NCBI GenBank assembly: GCA_029881035.1
Contig: JAOUNI010000004.1
Coordinates: forward strand, 7,924-71,923
DNA length: 64,000 bases
Direction: 5' to 3'
Source of the DNA: Gammaproteobacteria bacterium
GTDB taxonomy: Bacteria; Pseudomonadota; Gammaproteobacteria; SZUA-229
The notes below the pieces were generated by a model, which saw only the letters and a list, made by a program, of their open reading frames with translations, ran no database searches and had not been told where the DNA came from. This document shows positions 48,770 through 59,328 of this stretch, piece after piece; position 1 is the stretch's first letter; every line of letters begins with the position of its first letter. A program made the position numbers and the translations under genes.

Positions 48770-49942
48770 TCACTTTTTTAGGTCTTTTAGATATTGTTTC
48801 AGTTCCCACCAGAAAGGCCCTAGATCACCCAAACGATTGACTTCATGCCTTGTTTTAAATGGCCTTGGTAATAGAAAATGTAGTACCGCCCGAGACTTAT
48901 CCATAAAAGAAAATTCTTTATCTCGAAGCGTCAGGTATAAACAATCCAAATCGCCCAAAATCCATCGTAGGCGCTTGCCTCTTTTATAAGATTTGAGAGG
49001 TGTTATTTTTTCACCGCAGGATATCTGATATAACAACCAGGGAAAATCGACGCCAGCATCAATAGCCAGCTGTAATGACCCCCAGAAACGTGTATTGATC
49101 TCCATTAGGTAAGGAGTACCAACGTTCGATACTTTAAACTCCACCATAGCTATACCATGCCAGCCAACATGACCAAGCAAGGCCTGAGTATAAGATAGTA
49201 ACTTTGAATTCACCGCGGTACTTTCAGAAAGGACACTGACACCCCCTCTGGGTGGTTTCTCTCGTAAACGTTTATGAGCGAAAAACGCCAAAGGCTTTCC
49301 TTTATCGTAAAGTGCGAATATACCTTCACCCTTGCCCGGAACACATTCTTGCAGCATAAATGGATGTGAACGAAATGCAGGATCGTTTTTAAGTATATCA
49401 GTAGCTGCATCAACAGTGCCTGCAAAACTGACAGTGGTATGCAACCATTCTCCCTGATATTCAAGCCAAGATTTGCCGGGTTTGAGAACCAGAGGATAAT
49501 TTAGCATGTGTAGCTCAACAGGCAGATTTTCAGGAGAGGCCGCATACCAGGTATTGGGTATGGGTATGTCGAGAGAGTCTGCCAGGTGCATAAGAGCATA
49601 CTTATTAGCAAGTGCATCAACGGTATTGATATCTGGAAAAGGTAGAGTAACGCCGGGTAATGCGTGCTGATGGTTAAGTAACAAGTTAGTTGTTAGCTCG
49701 GTCATCGGGAAAACGATATTAATATTTTCCTTTTTGCATAATTCGGCAATAGCAAAAATAAATTGTTCAGGGTGTAGGCGTGGTGAAGGGTATGAAAAAT
49801 ATTGCTTCGAGTAGCGCGAACAGCCCGACAGAGTTGTCTGTGAATCATCAGCAGTTATTATCGAAACACCACGACTACCTAGTGAGCGCGTTACCGCCAA
49901 AGCGGAGCGCTGGTTAGCATCTAGAATAAGTACGGTTTTCAT
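48770..49942 (-). CDS. ATP-grasp domain enzyme (carboxylate-amine ligase type)
   Basis: Pre-ATP-grasp N-terminus. Central LVLKPGKSW ... LQECVPG ... and the catalytic loop EINTRFWGS (E-x-N) are typical of the ATP-grasp fold. Confidence 0.7.
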   Translation of the reverse strand: MKTVLILDANQRSALAVTRSLGSRGVSIITADDSQTTLSGCSRYSKQYFSYPSPRLHPEQFIFAIAELCKKENINIVFPMTELTTNLLLNHQHALPGVTLPFPDINTVDALANKYALMHLADSLDIPIPNTWYAASPENLPVELHMLNYPLVLKPGKSWLEYQGEWLHTTVSFAGTVDAATDILKNDPAFRSHPFMLQECVPGKGEGIFALYDKGKPLAFFAHKRLREKPPRGGVSVLSESTAVNSKLLSYTQALLGHVGWHGIAMVEFKVSNVGTPYLMEINTRFWGSLQLAIDAGVDFPWLLYQISCGEKITPLKSYKRGKRLRWILGDLDCLYLTLRDKEFSFMDKSRAVLHFLLPRPFKTRHEVNRLGDLGPFWWELKQYLKDLKK

Positions 49943-50042
49943 GTAGAATGTATTCGTTCATAGTTATTTAGCAAGAAATTCATAGGATTATATCCGTTTC
50001 CAATGCGTTGCCAGAAACAAATTTGCCATAAAAAGGATTATC

Positions 50043-50609
50043 GTGAATAAAAATCGATGGCTAGCCAATCATTACGGATCACGCCGAGGCTTTGTGTTCA
50101 CCTTCTGGTATCGGTTTCTTTATCTATTAGGTAACTATCACGCTTATCGTCAGGTTGAATGGCGCTCAATTGAAAGGCTGGTGTTCATTTGTAAAGGAAA
50201 TATCTGTAGAAGCGCTTATGCCGAAGCGGTAGCTCGTTCATTGGGTATTAATGCAATATCCTGTGGACTTGATACTATCGAGGACGCACCTGCAAATGAG
50301 GCTGCGATTAGTGCGGGAAAGCAACTGGGCGTTAATCTTGAAAGCCATTCGACAAGTCCAATAATGTACCAGGTACTTAAGAAAACAGACTTGTTAATTG
50401 CCATGGAACCTTGGCAAGTTGAGTTTTTGGAAAAGAATTTGTCTAGAAAGCATTCATGTACATTATTAGGACTGTGGTCACAACCAGTATTACCGCACAT
50501 TCAAGATCCATATGGGTCATCCCCGGAATATTTTGAGAAATGTTTCATATACATACAAAACTCAGTTAATGAACTTGCCAGGAAGATAAATGAAAAATCA
50601 GGCAATTGA
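50043..50609 (+). CDS. Low-molecular-weight protein-tyrosine phosphatase
   Basis: P-loop ICKGNICRS (CX4CR(S/T)) and the DPY general-acid motif (IQDPYGS). Confidence 0.8.
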   Translation: MNKNRWLANHYGSRRGFVFTFWYRFLYLLGNYHAYRQVEWRSIERLVFICKGNICRSAYAEAVARSLGINAISCGLDTIEDAPANEAAISAGKQLGVNLESHSTSPIMYQVLKKTDLLIAMEPWQVEFLEKNLSRKHSCTLLGLWSQPVLPHIQDPYGSSPEYFEKCFIYIQNSVNELARKINEKSGN

Positions 50610-51918
50610 ATTGGCGGATTTATACGCATTTAAACTGGGATGTCTGTGGCGTGCGCTTAAAGCAGAGCACCTTTCTTTGTGGATGTTGTGTATATACTTT
50701 TTCCTCGAATATGTGCGCCCGCAAGATTTATACCCTGTGCTAGACATATTGCCATGGACGCAGGTTTTTTTAATTGCCACGATAGTGACTGCATTTTTTG
50801 ATCATTCTGTGCGTTGGGTGAGTAATGCAGAGAATAAACTTCTCATACTGTTTTTGATAATTGCAACTTTATCGGGTATTTTTGCGTTTATGCCAGGTCG
50901 ATCGCTTAAATATTGGGATGTTCTTGGTGGATGGGCAATTGCATATTTTCTTGTTATCAATATTGTAAATACTGAAAAAAGACTGATATTGTTTTTATTG
51001 GCTTACAGTCTGTTTAATTTTAATATGGCGCAACATGGATCGCTAACATGGATTATGCGTGGATTTTCTTTTGCTGATTTTGGGCTGTTAGGATCTCCCG
51101 GCTATTTTAGGAACTCAGGTGAATATGCTGTTCAAATGCTAATTTTTGGATCATTGGCAATCTCTATTGTTGTTTCATTAAAAGGTTATTGGGGGCAGTA
51201 TAAAAAATGGTTTTTTTATTTATGTGCGGCTACTGGTTATATGGCAGTGATGGGTGCTAGTTCTCGTGGTTCACAAATCGGCCTGGCAGTAATAAGCGTA
51301 TGGTTTTTACTTAAACAGGAGGGCGGGTTTAAAGGCTTGTTTGTTTTGCTTGTTGCGGTGGCTTTTTTGTATTATTTATTGCCTGACAAGCAGTTGTTAC
51401 GTTTTCAGGAAATAGGAGAGGATGAAAATTCATTGCAGCGTTTAACATACTACATCCATGGGATAAATGAAGTTATACCTAAACACCCCATTTTAGGGGT
51501 TGGATATCAGAACTGGCTACCGTATCTAAATTTTACTGTTCCAGAAGGGATGGGGCCAATGCAAAAAAATCAGGATCCTCATAATATTTATATTCAGGCA
51601 GCTGCAGAACTAGGGTTATTTGGTTTTTTAGTTTTTATTCTGCTAATAGTCTTTGCATTCAAAAATAATGCGCAAACAAGGCTGTTAGCAAAAAAAATAG
51701 ATAATAATTTTTATTTTAATCTCAGTTATGGCTTAGATGCTGGGTTAATCGGCTATCTGATAGCAGGAAGTTTTGTCACAATATTATATTACCCCTTTTT
51801 CTGGGTGCAAATATCAATGATTGTTATGCTTAATAATGTAATGAAAAGGGTATATATTTCCAACGATAGTACTATGTACAAAAAAAGGCTAGAAACAGGT
51901 GTGAAAAGGAACTTTTAA
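50590..51918 (+). CDS. O-antigen ligase-like (Wzy_C) membrane protein. Putative polysaccharide polymerase/ligase of the exosortase locus.
   Basis: Ten or more TM helices with a large periplasmic loop, matching a Wzy_C-type architecture. Its start overlaps the upstream gene by 20 nt. Confidence 0.65.
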   Translation: MKNQAIELADLYAFKLGCLWRALKAEHLSLWMLCIYFFLEYVRPQDLYPVLDILPWTQVFLIATIVTAFFDHSVRWVSNAENKLLILFLIIATLSGIFAFMPGRSLKYWDVLGGWAIAYFLVINIVNTEKRLILFLLAYSLFNFNMAQHGSLTWIMRGFSFADFGLLGSPGYFRNSGEYAVQMLIFGSLAISIVVSLKGYWGQYKKWFFYLCAATGYMAVMGASSRGSQIGLAVISVWFLLKQEGGFKGLFVLLVAVAFLYYLLPDKQLLRFQEIGEDENSLQRLTYYIHGINEVIPKHPILGVGYQNWLPYLNFTVPEGMGPMQKNQDPHNIYIQAAAELGLFGFLVFILLIVFAFKNNAQTRLLAKKIDNNFYFNLSYGLDAGLIGYLIAGSFVTILYYPFFWVQISMIVMLNNVMKRVYISNDSTMYKKRLETGVKRNF

Positions 51919-51953
51919 TGCTGATAACGACGAATTAAGAAAGGAATAGATAT

Positions 51954-53540
51954 ATGTTGTTTAATTCCTATAGTTTCATTTTTCTTTTTTTACCTATAAC
52001 ATTGTCCGTTTTTTTTCTTACGGCCAGAATAGGTCGGGAGGCGGCGATAACCTGGTTGGTACTGGCCTCGTTATTTTTTTATGGCTGGTGGAATTCGATA
52101 TATCTAATATTGATCATGATATCAATGTTCGTTAATTTTTACATTGGCAATGTAATAAGTTCGAATTACAAAGAAAATAAAATCAAAAAATCAAAAATAT
52201 ATTTATTGTTGGGGTTATTTTTTAATCTTGGTATATTGGCCTATTATAAATATGCAGGATTTATTGTTTATAACATAAATGCCTTTTCGGCGGATCAGAT
52301 TAGTATAACTGAAATAGTATTGCCCCTGGCTATCTCATTTTTTACTTTTCAGCAGGTTGCATATCTAGTTGATGCTTCACGGGGAATTGCGCAAGAATAC
52401 CGATTTTCACATTATGCTTTATTTGTGACTTTTTTCCCGCAGTTGATCGCTGGGCCGATCGTTCATCATAAAGAAATGTTGCCGCAATTCATGCAGAGTG
52501 AAACCCTAAAACCACAGTTCGAAAATATAGCTATTGGATTGACGATATTTTTTATTGGTTTGTGTAAAAAAGTTGTTTTTGCAGATGGTGCTGCTCAGTA
52601 TTCGAGCCCGATATTTGAAGCTGCGAGTACAGGGTCGACGCTAACATTTTTAGAAGCCTGGGGTGGTGTTTTAGCATATACCATGCAATTATATTTTGAT
52701 TTTTCTGGTTATTCTGATATGGCCATAGGGGCGGCTAGACTATTTGGTATCCGTTTACCTCTTAATTTTTTCTCACCCTATAAGTCTACTAGTATTATTG
52801 AGTTTTGGAGACGCTGGCATATAACATTGTCACGGTTTTTGCGAGATTATTTATACTTCTCCATGGGAGGAAATCGTCGAGGTAAATTGCGTCGGTATGT
52901 TAATTTATTTACTACCATGTTGCTAGGTGGCTTGTGGCACGGAGCTGGTTGGACGTTTGTAGTATGGGGTGCATTACATGGTTTCTATTTAGTTGTTAAC
53001 CATGCATGGCATCGTTTTCGTGATGTATCGGGTGTGAGTGGAAGCCGGTGCCCTAAAATAAGTAAGTTTGTAGCATGGTTGGTAACGTTTTTATCAGTAG
53101 TGATTGGCTGGGTGTTTTTCCGTGCCAGTGATTTTGATAGTGCTATTGCTATTTTAAAGGGCATGGCAGGCATTAATGGACTTGCAATACCAAACGGAAT
53201 TTTGGCGAGACTGGGTGAGGCTGGAGTGTGGTTGCAAGGAATTGGTGTGGGTACAAGTCTTGGTGGGGGTTCAACTCTGATATTGACCTATCTTTGGATC
53301 ATGGTACTTTTGTTTGTGACATTAGTGCTACCTAATACTCAACAGATTATGTCAAAGTTTTCTCCTGTGTTATCTGAATATAAGTCTGACCCTATTTATT
53401 CAATTAGCATAGGAAGAAACTTTGAAATGATACTATTATGGCGACCAACCGTTATGTGGTCAATGATAATTGCGATGATAGCAACATTAGGTGTTCTTGC
53501 ACTTACCAGCGTATCTGAATTTTTATATTTTCAATTCTAA
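51954..53540 (+). CDS. MBOAT-family membrane-bound O-acyltransferase (AlgI/DltB-like)
   Basis: Multi-TM protein. The conserved His lies in the WHGAGW..VWGALHG region characteristic of MBOAT. Confidence 0.8.
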   Translation: MLFNSYSFIFLFLPITLSVFFLTARIGREAAITWLVLASLFFYGWWNSIYLILIMISMFVNFYIGNVISSNYKENKIKKSKIYLLLGLFFNLGILAYYKYAGFIVYNINAFSADQISITEIVLPLAISFFTFQQVAYLVDASRGIAQEYRFSHYALFVTFFPQLIAGPIVHHKEMLPQFMQSETLKPQFENIAIGLTIFFIGLCKKVVFADGAAQYSSPIFEAASTGSTLTFLEAWGGVLAYTMQLYFDFSGYSDMAIGAARLFGIRLPLNFFSPYKSTSIIEFWRRWHITLSRFLRDYLYFSMGGNRRGKLRRYVNLFTTMLLGGLWHGAGWTFVVWGALHGFYLVVNHAWHRFRDVSGVSGSRCPKISKFVAWLVTFLSVVIGWVFFRASDFDSAIAILKGMAGINGLAIPNGILARLGEAGVWLQGIGVGTSLGGGSTLILTYLWIMVLLFVTLVLPNTQQIMSKFSPVLSEYKSDPIYSISIGRNFEMILLWRPTVMWSMIIAMIATLGVLALTSVSEFLYFQF

Positions 53541-54806
53541 ATGACAACAAAAAAAAATAATTTTAGGAAGTATGTTGTTGTAATGGCATTTATATTTTTG
53601 ATATTTCTTGGTATTTCGGTGGTTATTAATTATTTAGTTGACCCATATGGATTGTTTGATTCAAAAAGAGTTAATGGCTTTAATCAGCTTAAGCCAAAAG
53701 CAACACGACACGTTCGTGTAACTAAACCATATCTTGTAGATGTATTTAATCCACGATCAATAATTGCTGGCAATTCGCGTCCTGAAATAGGCCTAGATCC
53801 AGAAAATAGTTGCTGGCCAGAAAGTTATCGGCCAGTTTTTAATTTGAGCGTGCCAGGTTCAAGTGTGTATATGGCTGCTCGTTATATTCAACATGCTATT
53901 GCTGGAAATGAAATAAAACAAGTTTTTTGGGGGTTAGATTTTAATGATTTTTTAAATGATGTGGCAAGAAATGAAAGCGTGGTGACCTGGCCGCCTGTTG
54001 AAGAAACATTTGAGGAACGGTTAAGGGTTAGGGCCGATGGTAGTAATAATGATATATATTACTGGAGTAAAATTAAAGATCAGTTAACTTTTTTATTTTC
54101 ACTTGATGCACTTGCGGATAGTTTTAATACAATAGTCCGACAATCAAACGAGCGCACACCAACAATCCGGCGTGATGGTTATAATCCAGCTAAAGACTTT
54201 CTGGATATTATTGCATTGGAAGGTCAAGGTTTGATTTTTAGGCAGACCAATATAAATACATCAGCAATGTTCAATAAGCCCGAGCGTACATTATTCACAA
54301 ATAATAATACTTCGCTGCAGTTTGAAAGTGTACGACAACTATTAAAATTTTCTCAAAAAAATAATGTAAATGTAGTGTTATTTATTAATCCATATCATTC
54401 AGATTATTTGGAGACTATTGAAATAGCGGGACTTTGGGAACATTTTTTATTATGGAAGAAACAGCTAACGTATTTGGCAGCGGAATTTGCTGTGCCCTTA
54501 TGGGATTTTAGTAGCTATAATGAACTAACTAATATTCAGCCACCTGTGATTGGTGATAATAAAAGCATATTGCGCTGGTTTTGGGAGCCGGCCCATTACC
54601 GTAAGGAGTATGGTGATTTGATATTGAGCCAGATGCTGAATGGTGCATGTGACAATAGCGATGTAATGCTCTCGGGGCAATTGCTTAAACCGGAAAAACT
54701 GGATGACTATATTATTAAATTAAATGAAGGTTTAAATTACTATAAGGATATACACGCAGAAGCAATAGAGCGTCTTCTCAACATAGTCCAGTTAAGAAAT
54801 AATTAA
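53541..54806 (+). CDS. Periplasmic partner of the MBOAT (AlgJ/AlgX/DltD-like, N-terminally anchored)
   Basis: It starts immediately after the MBOAT stop and has a single N-terminal TM anchor and a large periplasmic domain. The call rests on gene context and architecture, since no strong motif was recognised. Confidence 0.45.
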   Translation: MTTKKNNFRKYVVVMAFIFLIFLGISVVINYLVDPYGLFDSKRVNGFNQLKPKATRHVRVTKPYLVDVFNPRSIIAGNSRPEIGLDPENSCWPESYRPVFNLSVPGSSVYMAARYIQHAIAGNEIKQVFWGLDFNDFLNDVARNESVVTWPPVEETFEERLRVRADGSNNDIYYWSKIKDQLTFLFSLDALADSFNTIVRQSNERTPTIRRDGYNPAKDFLDIIALEGQGLIFRQTNINTSAMFNKPERTLFTNNNTSLQFESVRQLLKFSQKNNVNVVLFINPYHSDYLETIEIAGLWEHFLLWKKQLTYLAAEFAVPLWDFSSYNELTNIQPPVIGDNKSILRWFWEPAHYRKEYGDLILSQMLNGACDNSDVMLSGQLLKPEKLDDYIIKLNEGLNYYKDIHAEAIERLLNIVQLRNN

Positions 54807-54827
54807 TTTGCTCTTTATTCCACCAAA

Positions 54828-56117
54828 TCAGTTGGTGGTGAGCGGTGGTATTGGTGGATATACATTAGCGTGATCAGAGATTTTTGCACCGATTTTATTG
54901 TCGGAGGCGATTTCAAAATCATCAATATAGATTTGACCGATTGTATGGCTTACATGTTGGAAATTTCCCCAGAATGAAGCGCGTTCAACAACTGGCAATT
55001 TCATTTTAATAATTTCTACAATGGGTGTAGCGCCATCGGTATCCTCTTTGCCGGATTCAGAAATCCAGAGACGGTATTCACCATCATTATTGTATGTTTT
55101 ACCTGATGTGTCGGCTTGATCTAAAGTCGCGGCTAAGAATTCTTCCTCAATGTAATACCATTTGCCGCGTTCAAAATTTAACCCTTCGGGCATATCAGAA
55201 GGATTCGGTCCGGGTTGATAAACTGTAGTTTTTCCATCAGGTTTAATGTTAGTAGTAATTGTTTCGACATTGAAAGTGATAACCAATGGGACTACAGGGT
55301 ATTTGTCACCAAACCCTGTTGCATCGAAGTACATCTGAGTTAAGTTTGCATAATCATTAATGTTTGACGACCAGTAACGAAGTTTCATATTTGCTGGCTT
55401 TGCCATATCCATTCTCATGTAGAAACGCCGGTATATAGATTGTCCTGGAGCTTGTGTTCCAACAACATTCTCAAGGGAGTTGATTAATATGTTGCAGTCA
55501 TCTCGCTGGTTTACGTTGCTTGTGAAATTGCCATCAACCCCGCACTGCCTTGCTATGTAGATGTTATCGTTGGCATTAAAAATAGCGGGATCTTTGTTAA
55601 TTCCAGGGTTGAGCAGCTTAACTATTAATTTGTCATTGGTGGCGTTTTCATCTTCTACGGAAATAATTTCCCATTTGGAAAAGCCTTTCGTCTCATTGTA
55701 TAGTAATCTACCTTTTTTGGCTGCAGGACCTTTGTTTGCTGAAAGAGTTAAGTCCTCTTGTGTGTCGGTAACGAAATATTTGTCACCACCAGGAGCAGCA
55801 TTGGAGTTGTGTAGTAACAGCTTTCCTCCACAGGTATTGCATCTGCCGTTACGTCCATTAGGGTTAAGCTTTAAACTAGATGTTCCGCTGTGAGCAATAG
55901 TGTTTGTGAGTTCATATAAATTCCCAGGAGAAGTTGCGGTAGCCATTCGTGCAGGTAGAGCCCACACAGGTAAAGGGGTATCGATAGGGTCAGGTAAACC
56001 TGACTCAAAATCTAACTTAAATAAAGGTGCAGAGTAAGTATTAGTGGCTGAGACGGCTATTATGATACCTAAAAGACTAAATCGAGTCCAAAAGATGGGA
56101 GATGTGTTTATGGTCAT
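54828..56117 (-). CDS. Secreted hypothetical protein (candidate polysaccharide-active enzyme)
   Basis: 429 aa with an N-terminal signal peptide. The protein is beta-rich and Asn/Gly-rich. No motif recognised. Confidence 0.4.
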   Translation of the reverse strand: MTINTSPIFWTRFSLLGIIIAVSATNTYSAPLFKLDFESGLPDPIDTPLPVWALPARMATATSPGNLYELTNTIAHSGTSSLKLNPNGRNGRCNTCGGKLLLHNSNAAPGGDKYFVTDTQEDLTLSANKGPAAKKGRLLYNETKGFSKWEIISVEDENATNDKLIVKLLNPGINKDPAIFNANDNIYIARQCGVDGNFTSNVNQRDDCNILINSLENVVGTQAPGQSIYRRFYMRMDMAKPANMKLRYWSSNINDYANLTQMYFDATGFGDKYPVVPLVITFNVETITTNIKPDGKTTVYQPGPNPSDMPEGLNFERGKWYYIEEEFLAATLDQADTSGKTYNNDGEYRLWISESGKEDTDGATPIVEIIKMKLPVVERASFWGNFQHVSHTIGQIYIDDFEIASDNKIGAKISDHANVYPPIPPLTTN

Positions 56118-56270
56118 ATAGTTAACTCTTGAGTGGCATCACCAAAGTGTGAATATTTAAGACTAGGGCTTTGACTGAATTATACGTACTGATTATATAT
56201 CCAATTTTGAAATTGCGCATGTATAAATAAAAAACATATTGAGCATCGTGTAACTAGTTGAAATTACATA

Positions 56271-57374
56271 CTATTTAGTACCAGATGATTTGAAAGGATT
56301 TAGAGGATGTTTTTTGAGGCTGAGGCTTCTTTTCTCAATAACAAGCCATGAAGTCACAGCAAGTAGTGTGGTGATAATCAATGCATAAATAGCATAATCA
56401 AGACTCTCAGTATAACCAAGATAAATCATAAAATTTACAATTGGCATATGATATATGTATGTGCCATAGGAAATATCATTGCCTTTTAATAGTGTTTTAC
56501 TTAGTCCTGCAAATGAATACGAAAAAGAAAAAGCTGTGGACACTAATATAAGAAAAACAATAGGATTGATATTGTTGCCTAGTGCGATTTTATATGTTTG
56601 GCTTAAGTACCCTACTATGCAATATATAATGAACAGATGTATAAATTTATTGGCTAATAGCTTGTAAAAAAATGTAAAATTTTTCTGTGCTAATACACCA
56701 AATAGAAACATATAAAACCAGGGTAAAAAAGATACCCGAAACAATTTGTACAGAACATTATTATGATATTCATCAGGGATGTACGCGTATATTCGGTTTA
56801 TAAACAAAAAGAAGATGATAAGCAATATTAGCTTTAGATTATGTTTTTCAGTATCTAATAATTTAAAAAAAGAGTAAATAACAGGTACTAGAATATAAAA
56901 TTGAATCTCTACAGTAATCGTCCAAAGGCTGCCATTTAAAACTCCGTCACCATATGCTCTCATGAAGTCAGGGTTGTAAAATTGCAAAATTGAAGTCTTA
57001 GCAAAATACAGTGCCAGCCAGTCAATTGCACTGGCATTTGTTGTTACTAAGTAACCGCTTACATAAATAAGTATAAAAGAAAATGATACGCAGATAATTA
57101 GACCAGGATAGAGGCGCAGTATTCGATTTTGAAAATATTCAACAAGTTTGTGGTTACTTTCGTAAGATTTGCTAATTAAGAATCCACTAATGAAGAAAAA
57201 GATAGGCACGCCTGGAAACATCTGGGAGAAGTGTAGAAAATTTTTTAATACCATAGGCGGGTGAACGTGTAACATTTCCACACTATGGTTGACTGCCACC
57301 TGAAGGGCAGCAATTAATCGCAGTAAATCGAAGTTATTGATTTTATAGGTTTTGTTATTGATACCGTTCATCAT
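56271..57374 (-). CDS. Acyltransferase family 3 (OafA/YrhL-like) integral membrane O-acyltransferase
   Basis: The N-terminus FDLLRLIAALQVAVNH matches the acyltransferase-3 signature. ~10 TM helices. Confidence 0.75.
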   Translation of the reverse strand: MMNGINNKTYKINNFDLLRLIAALQVAVNHSVEMLHVHPPMVLKNFLHFSQMFPGVPIFFFISGFLISKSYESNHKLVEYFQNRILRLYPGLIICVSFSFILIYVSGYLVTTNASAIDWLALYFAKTSILQFYNPDFMRAYGDGVLNGSLWTITVEIQFYILVPVIYSFFKLLDTEKHNLKLILLIIFFLFINRIYAYIPDEYHNNVLYKLFRVSFLPWFYMFLFGVLAQKNFTFFYKLLANKFIHLFIIYCIVGYLSQTYKIALGNNINPIVFLILVSTAFSFSYSFAGLSKTLLKGNDISYGTYIYHMPIVNFMIYLGYTESLDYAIYALIITTLLAVTSWLVIEKRSLSLKKHPLNPFKSSGTK

Positions 57375-57585
57375 AGAAACAGGTGCCTGTTTGGTTACTT
57401 GGATAGTGAGGTCAAATCACTGTATTATTATAGATCTTTATATAAGTTTATTGGCAAGTAATGGTATGTCACTCATATCTTTATAGTTAATTGAGCTGCA
57501 ATGTGTTATAAATCGCAGTAGTTATACTACTGTATCAACTTAACTTGTATCGGTAGTTAGTATCTGTGATGAATTAAGAAGTCGT

Positions 57586-58341
57586 ATGTCAATTATTCAA
57601 CTTTTACCGCATGATGTGCGACGAGCGTTGTTCGCTATTGTAAGAAGATCAGAATTTTCCCGTATGCAAGATATGAGGAAAAATTCAAGGGGTGAGTATT
57701 CTTTTAAGCCTTTTGATGATACCAAAACAATATTTGTGCATATTCCTAAAGCTGCGGGAGTCTCAGTTTGCAAAAGCCTTTATGGTAATCTTGCAGGCGA
57801 GCATTCTTCGATTAATTATTATCAATATGTATTTTCAAAAAATGATTTTAGTCGTTATTTTAAATTTACTTTCGTTCGTAATCCTTGGGACCGGCTTTAC
57901 TCTGCATATACCTTTTTAAAAAAAGGGGGCTTTAATAAGCAAGATGAAAAATGGGCGATTGAAAACCTATCCCGATTTACTAGTTTTGAGCAGTTTGTAA
58001 TGGAGTGGGTTGTTGCGGAAAATATACATAAATATATACATTTCGTGCCACAAACAGAACTATTGATTTTTCCCGGCACCAATACAGTCGCAGTTGATTT
58101 TGTAGGATTTTTTGAAAATTTAGAGAATGATTTTGATTACGTTGCAAAAAAGATCAATAAGAATATTTCACTTCCCCATTTAAATAAAACGGATAATAAG
58201 CTTTTAGGGTATGTGCAAAAATATAACAGTATCATGATTGATGTCGTAGAGAAAGTGTACAAGGCTGACATTGATACATTTGGTTACTCTTTTGATAACT
58301 CAACGCTTGTGCAGCAACTAGCAAGGCGCTCGAGAGAGTAG
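57586..58341 (+). CDS. Sulfotransferase-family protein
   Basis: 5'-PSB-like loop HIPKAAGVS and 3'-PB-like motif FVRNPWDRLYSAY (RNPxxRxxS), as in carbohydrate sulfotransferases. Confidence 0.6.
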   Translation: MSIIQLLPHDVRRALFAIVRRSEFSRMQDMRKNSRGEYSFKPFDDTKTIFVHIPKAAGVSVCKSLYGNLAGEHSSINYYQYVFSKNDFSRYFKFTFVRNPWDRLYSAYTFLKKGGFNKQDEKWAIENLSRFTSFEQFVMEWVVAENIHKYIHFVPQTELLIFPGTNTVAVDFVGFFENLENDFDYVAKKINKNISLPHLNKTDNKLLGYVQKYNSIMIDVVEKVYKADIDTFGYSFDNSTLVQQLARRSRE

Positions 58342-58489
58342 TTTGATGCTGCGTTTAAACCTAGTGTTGAATTTGTACTTTCATATGCGCTTAATAAAAA
58401 TAAAATCTTCTGTTTTTGACACCTAGCAATCGCAATTGAGAGACAGTATTAAATAGCATGAAAACAGTTAAGCGAATTGAAAAGCGAGG

Positions 58490-59113
58490 ATGACGTTAGT
58501 GAAAAAATCTAAACCCCTCCCCAAAGTATTTGGAATTGGATTGAATAAAACAGGCACAACCACGTTAGGCGAGTGTGGAAAAATACTTGGGTATCGATGC
58601 ACAAGCTGTGATAGAGCGTTACTTAAAGAAGTTGTTTTGAAAAATGACTTTACTCTTATAAAAAACACGGTGGATCAGTTTGATTTATTTGAAGATTGGC
58701 CCTGGCCTTTGATTTATAGAGAGCTTGATCAAATGTACCCGGGTAGTAAATTTATCCTGACAACACGAAAATCTGAAGATGTATGGATTGATAGCATCAA
58801 AAGTTATTCTATGAAGACATCCCCGATAAAACATTGCCGAAAGCTTGCGTACGGGTTTAGCTTCCCGCATAAGCATGAGCAGCAATATCTGGATTTTTAT
58901 AGGAAACACAACGATAATGTTCGTGATTACTTTAGTGGTCGAAGTAGTGATTTTATTGAATTATGCTGGGAAAATGGCGATGATTTTGAGAAGCTGAGTA
59001 ACTTCCTAGAATGCAATAATCCTGAAGTCCCCCTGCCTCATGCTAATAAGGGTATAGATAATCAAGTTAGCAAGAGTCGACTATTTATGAATAGGCTATT
59101 AAGTTTTTTCTAA
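58490..59113 (+). CDS. Sulfotransferase-family protein (second)
   Basis: PAPS-binding P-loop-like GLNKTGTTT and a downstream TTRKSEDVWIDS block. GAGG RBS immediately upstream of the ATG. Confidence 0.6.
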   Translation: MTLVKKSKPLPKVFGIGLNKTGTTTLGECGKILGYRCTSCDRALLKEVVLKNDFTLIKNTVDQFDLFEDWPWPLIYRELDQMYPGSKFILTTRKSEDVWIDSIKSYSMKTSPIKHCRKLAYGFSFPHKHEQQYLDFYRKHNDNVRDYFSGRSSDFIELCWENGDDFEKLSNFLECNNPEVPLPHANKGIDNQVSKSRLFMNRLLSFF

Positions 59114-59328
59114 CTTAGAATATATATTATCTGCCATGTAGATGACTATGCTTGCGGACTGATTAAACAATTTAATCAATAATCTACGTATTTGACGTAT
59201 GATGGTGTTGCATCTAAAAAACTTAAAAGTCATGGTGAGTAGGCATGTTATGGATGAATTTTAACGAATATATGGGATTTGTAGTATATGCATTACGTTC
59301 TAGTGTTATTTCAATAAAGCAATAAACT

